From Priapulus caudatus (Eukaryota), in the NCBI RefSeq assembly GCF_000485595.1, contig NW_014577091.1:70178-109613 (forward strand): a stretch of 39,436 nt of DNA, read 5' to 3'. Under the pieces are notes generated by a model. That model did not search any database and was not told the origin of the DNA. It saw nothing but the letters and a program-made list of their open reading frames with translations. The position numbers and the translations under genes were made by a program. Every line of letters starts with the position of its first letter. The first letter of the stretch is position 1. This document shows, piece by piece, positions 36,027 through 39,436 of the stretch.

Positions 36027-39021
36027 CATATAATACTACCTACTTTCTCATGACACGTGTAGGAAAACTGGGTAACCTAAAATCTTCAACTTTCAGAGAC
36101 TTAAGCACATGAACTGATGGGTAAACTTCTATATATATTTACCGTTCTGGTATCTTGACTTCCGATCACAAATTGCTTGATCACTTCCGTAGTCACGCAT
36201 GCCTCGGTTTCCTGTGAAAAAGCAGACCTATAGTTAATACCTACCGATTATGAAGTCACAAAGTCACAAAATCTATTCAACTTCGTACCTGCCATGCAGA
36301 TTCGCACGCACGCACGCACGCACGCATGCACACACACATGCTCAAGGTTCACAGAATAGATGTAGGACAATTTCCTGGTCTGTCTCACCACATCATTCTG
36401 CACGTTCACACAACCAATCATAAACACTCCGATTTCACACAGGAGATATAGAAACACTACACCTGGTCCATATGACCTAAAATTCCTGTATGCTCACACA
36501 CAGGCCCAAGCCCTAAAGTTTCACACGGGAGATTTAGACATGCTATGCCTATAGCCTATCCAACCGAGATTCTCATACATTTGCACACATGAACAGAAGT
36601 TGTCTAGTTTTACACAGTAGATGTAGAAACACTATCCCTGCTCCACCCAACCACAGATGCCTGTACGTTCACACACACGATCTTAAGCACCAAGGTTTCA
36701 TACAGAACATTCGGTAATGGTACCTTTAGTCTATCCGATCAAGATTCGACCGAGGAGATGTAGAAACATTATTATTATACCACGTCCAAGCAAAGATTCT
36801 CTAACTTCAGATGCACGATCATAAATACTCTAGTCCAGTGCTTCTTAAACTGGTGAATGGTTCATCCAAGGATGAACGATATTATTTTGGGGGTGAATGA
36901 AAGTAAGATGAAAATTACCAAAAACATAAAGAAATTTAGTCGCGGGTGAACGAAATTGTGTGATAAAGACTCTAGGGTGAATGACACTGAAATAGTTTAA
37001 GAAGCACTGCAGTCTAGTCTCATACAGAAGATTTAGAAACGCAAACGCCCCCGAGCGTGAGAAAGCCACACCGGCTGCGTCGGGGGGCGCGCGCGCGAAG
37101 CCTCGCTCACCTGCGTGTTCGCCTTCTCGTTAGTGACGGCTTGCGTCGTGCTGACAACCTCCTCGCTGCTGTAGGCGACGGGCAGGAAGCGCCAGATGAG
37201 CGAGATGTTGGCGAGCGCGAGGGCGACGCGCAGCGTGTTGCGCAGCTGCAGCGCCACCGTGATGCTCTCTGCAACGATGCGAGAACACTGTCATGCAGGT
37301 CTCCCCACCGCGCTGTCACGCAGGTCTCCCCACCGCACTCACGACAAGCTCCCCACCGTGCTCACGGCAAGCTCGCCACTGTCACAGCTTACCACTGTAA
37401 CTGTCGTTACTCACTGATAGCGTCACCTCTAACTCTAAGCACTGTGCTAACAATACTACCTATAATAGTGATAACTAATAGTGATAACAATGCTACTACT
37501 GACAACTACTGTTATCAGTACTACGGTACATGCAAGGCCGTACGCAGGAAATTTTCTGTAGGGGGGCAAATACGCAGAAAATTTTCTGTAGGGGGGGGGG
37601 CAAAGGTACTCCCCACGCCCTCTATTGCCCTATTTGTCCCATTAAAAGGCATACTCTGAAAATCTCTAGGGGGGGCAACTGCCCCTGCTGCCCCCCCGCT
37701 GCGTACGGCCCTGGGTACATGATAACAATGCTACTTCTGACAACTATTGTTATCAGTACTACCTCTGACTAATGGTGACCATCATCGTTACCTCTTCCCA
37801 TTATTGCTACCAACACTACCGCTAACTGATATTGCTAAATGTTGCTGCTAACAACACTACTCTAATTGCTGCTGATATCAAATGTCACCTCTTGCTGCTG
37901 CTGATGCTAACAACACTACCTTTAACTGACACCTCTACCCACTACTGATATCAGTGCTACCTCTTGCTACCGCCGCCGCTGCTGCTATCGATGCTACTTC
38001 TAACCTGTTATCACTACTGATATCAGTGCTACCTCTTGCTACCGCCGCCGCTGCTGCTATCGATGCTAATCTTGCTACATCTAACCTGTATCAGCTACTT
38101 GTATCAGTCGCTCCTCTTGCTAACCGCACGCCGCTGCCGCAATCCTTGCTACATCTAACCTGTTATCACTACTGATATCAGTGCTACCTCTTGCTGCTGC
38201 TGCCGCTGCCGCAATCCTTGCTACATCTAACCTGTTATCACTACTGAATATACAGTGCTACCTCTTGCGGGATACCGCCCGCTGCCTGCTGCCCATCGAT
38301 TGCTGTACTTCTAACCTGTTATCACTACTGACATTAACACGTTCTCCGCGAAACACGAGTCAGCTCGTTTGAACAATCAAAACGCACGTCCGCGAAACAC
38401 GAGTCAGCTCATAGTGACATTTTCAAGTAGACTGCTGCTAAAATGTGATTTATTGCCGTGGTAATCATAGTATTACTCAATACATTGGACTGCCTGTGCA
38501 ATATCAAATGAGGAGGCTGAGTATATAGTCACCCCAGTCTTAGAATTAAATATTTAACCTATATTTCCCCTTCATACTGTTTTTTTTTTCACACCAAATA
38601 AGCGAAAATAAAATAAATCAGTGATAAGCAAATTCCAGCACATGCGGCCGATAGATCCATTGTTAACCAAGCCAGCCGTATTGAACGTATAAGCAGAGCG
38701 TGGACAGCGGCTCGACAATCAGTCCCGTCGCGTGGCGGCGACAGCGTACATCACGACGGGTCAGCGGCGGTACTTGTGTGTTGTTCGTGTGCTGCGTGAA
38801 GCACTGGATAGTGGGGCGGAAGGCGGGGGCCGCGCGCTGCAGGCTTTGCCGCCGCCACCGCCGCCCGGCGCTGCAGGCCTTGGCCGCCCAGCCGCGCGCC
38901 CGCGCTCCACGTCAGCTGCCGTGCAGCACAAGTCTTCTCCAGCCGCTCCCACACCGCGGAACGGTCACGCCGCCTGGATCGGCTCGCCTTGCCGCCACCA
39001 CCGCCTCGGTCTCCGATCTGG
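24118..39021 (-). CDS. TRAPPC8: Trafficking protein particle complex subunit 8 (Trs85), 3' half. Exons (minus): ~39021-38750, 37268-37111, 36211-36143, ~35700-35510, 35169-35113, 34524-34142, 33528-33396, 33082-32986, 32602-32534, 32420-32134, 31041-30937, 30644-30487, 30049-29957, 24394-24118; 5' part lies beyond the window
   Basis: Translated exons follow recalled human TRAPPC8 in order: ITVALQLRNTL~ITVEVAFRNPL, MLCGELRRVSLEL~LLCGEIRKAYVEF, YRVLRYT~HRILRHT, VDLTVIVFWK~VDLNIVILWK, FTWAG...LQLRACV...GVFNL~FTWLG...LQLKACF...GVYNL. Splice phases are consistent for the clean exons. Confidence 0.9.
27432..27735 (-). pseudogene. TRAPPC8: Second frameshifted duplicate of the TRAPPC8 terminal exon (probably an assembly artefact)
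   Basis: Colinear with 24118-24394 with indels and an inserted long C run. Confidence 0.6.
29230..29580 (+). mobile_element. Degraded related HINE-like 3' fragment
   Basis: 3' end (aacatgtg..caaacgg..gacgg..ccatggc..tagctca..gacgatgt..ggtgagc..aaaaa) parallels 31655-31800. Confidence 0.5.
29957..30049 (-). CDS. TRAPPC8: TRAPPC8 penultimate exon
   Basis: ttacag/gtacgt; RLCVARATVILHNCCEEPVSVRLN resembles SLCLVPVTLLLSNC. Confidence 0.85.
30487..30644 (-). CDS. TRAPPC8: TRAPPC8 exon
   Basis: ctgcag/gtatct; PTVKPVMKF...LVTYCVRHPALIQHDFTQN. Confidence 0.85.
30937..31041 (-). CDS. TRAPPC8: TRAPPC8 exon
   Basis: gtgcag/gtaagc; AFVVNELGSSTTVYGRHHLQV resembles AYVVED...EGQHHVIL. Confidence 0.85.
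31065..31800 (+). mobile_element. Helentron/HINE (DINE-1-like) non-autonomous element
   Basis: 5' small palindrome tgtcaatgaca followed by subTIR agctcacctt; 3' (gacg)n tract, stem-loop agctcatcttgac..gtcaaggcgagct and a terminal A run. Confidence 0.55.
32134..32420 (-). CDS. TRAPPC8: TRAPPC8 exon with poly-G/D and poly-Q tracts
   Basis: ctgcag/gtgtgg; ends VDLTVIVFWK. Confidence 0.85.
32534..32602 (-). CDS. TRAPPC8: TRAPPC8 exon (69 nt)
   Basis: ctttag/gtaccg; DVKLNPAEKTSLCFKSVR resembles DTKLASREKGKFCFKAIR. Confidence 0.85.
32986..33082 (-). CDS. TRAPPC8: TRAPPC8 exon
   Basis: ttgcag/gtacgt; VQDSAITEVSMTQVICASSSWTLHPL. Confidence 0.82.
33179..33322. mobile_element. PIF/Harbinger (Tourist)-like MITE remnant
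   Basis: ~30-bp inverted arms gcacaaggtgagaattcggcccgcgccaa / ttggcgcgcggccgaattctcaccgtgtgc; flanked by taa/tta. Confidence 0.6.
33396..33528 (-). CDS. TRAPPC8: TRAPPC8 exon
   Basis: ctgcag/gtaaaa; YRVLRYTASLTMNDSVAVQATASR. Confidence 0.88.
34142..34524 (-). CDS. TRAPPC8: TRAPPC8 exon
   Basis: tttcag/gtgaga; VSLRDVPPAMLCGELRR...LPAWIRG...HMLFYY. Confidence 0.92.
34545..34895. repeat. ~50-bp CpG-rich minisatellite x~6 (gcgagcgcgacgtagtgacgtgtgagcgggacataaaaacacgt)
   Basis: Head-to-tail units. Confidence 0.9.
35113..35169 (-). CDS. TRAPPC8: TRAPPC8 small exon or exon end, with indels
   Basis: DHRL..P.V...P.LQ|gttagt resembles DRRLDPIITEEMPLLE. Confidence 0.5.
35510..35700 (-). CDS. TRAPPC8: TRAPPC8 exon, degraded or frameshifted (3' boundary uncertain)
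   Basis: ttgcag acceptor; HMTGKLHITGLV..SLGT..VRAKQ resembles HHIGELHILGVVYNLGT..VRGKQ. Confidence 0.6.
35770..36030. repeat. (CT)n/(TA)n microsatellite
   Basis: Direct reading. Confidence 0.9.
36143..36211 (-). CDS. TRAPPC8: TRAPPC8 exon (69 nt)
   Basis: tcacag/gtaaat; ETEACVTTEVIKQFVIGSQDTRT resembles AEVISEFLINGEESKV. Confidence 0.8.
36340..36790. repeat. Old ~87-bp tandem repeat x~5
   Basis: ttcacac-ggagat-tag-aca motif recurs at ~36348, 36434, 36520, 36610, 36696. Confidence 0.6.
37111..37268 (-). CDS. TRAPPC8: TRAPPC8 exon
   Basis: ttgcag/gtgag; ESITVALQLRNTLRVALALANISLIWRFLP. Confidence 0.88.
37296..37390. repeat. ~24-bp tandem repeat x4 (caggtctccccaccgcgctgtcacg)
   Basis: Progressively diverging units. 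Confidence 0.75.
37533..37713. mobile_element. hAT-type MITE (181 bp)
   Basis: TIRs caaggccgtacgcag / ctgcgtacggccctg (1 mismatch in 15); perfect 8-bp TSD ggtacatg at 37525-37532 and 37714-37721. Confidence 0.85.
37935..38335. repeat. ~72-bp minisatellite x~5 (cactactgatatcagtgctacctcttgct...ctaacctgttat)
   Basis: Head-to-tail units. Confidence 0.85.
38750..39021 (-). CDS. TRAPPC8: TRAPPC8 exon, frameshifted in this sequence (boundaries approximate)
   Basis: Fragments AVWERLEK and FRPTIQCFTQHTNNT lie in different frames and resemble QQWRELEE...FHPTQYCLNSYSDNS. Confidence 0.6.
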
Positions 39022-39436
39022 CTGCCAAAGCCGCAAACTCGCGACGTATCTCGCAAATTGTATGTGGAATTGCCCAAGCACGCCGCTCGCCTCCTCCCTG
39101 AGCAACGTCACTTGTGCCGTTGCGCGGATCACGACCCTCCCTGGCTAATATTTGTATGTAAGGCAAGTTGGTTAGAGAAGAGCTGGGACAGCGAACGCAT
39201 ACTAAGCTGAAATATATGATCAAGCATGACGTGGTGAACGCCCGTACCCCACCAGTGCGTGACAAGATCAGGCCAGTACGGCGCTTGAATGATCTGCAGA
39301 CACCTAAATGTACTAAGCTACCAACGCTATATGTGAAAATCGTCGAAATACTAGAGTTGCCTTGTCATTTGCAATTTGATTCAACTGAAGACATCGCATT
39401 TTACTTAAAACTTTATGTGATACAACATATAGCATT

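Noticed and set aside
37954..38372. Ala/Leu-rich repetitive ORFs
   Set aside because: Intronic minisatellite with inconsistent frames between units

Overview
Animal (invertebrate) genomic DNA with spliced genes, many microsatellites and five N-gaps; no prokaryotic systems. Two convergent genes can be rebuilt by hand. (1) A complete 6-exon secreted chitin-deacetylase-like gene on + (5486-15062, 1572 nt, 523 aa). It has a signal peptide, a CBM14 domain, an LDLa domain and a CE4 domain in which three catalytic or metal-binding residues are substituted, so it is a probable pseudo-enzyme. (2) The 3' half of TRAPPC8 on - (14 exons, ~39020 to 24118). There are two large duplications: an inverted, indel-ridden copy of the last two CDA exons inside CDA intron 4, and a triplicated TRAPPC8 terminal exon/3'UTR block at 17.2-28.6 kb. 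Both sit next to 25-N gaps and look like noisy long-read gap-fill artefacts. Introns carry a hAT-type MITE, a Harbinger-like MITE, Helentron/HINE-like elements, ultra-short palindromic insertions with 7-bp TSDs, and several minisatellites. Protein comparisons are from recalled family motifs, not database searches. I see no convincing new biological system; the pseudo-enzyme CDA is the best lead.
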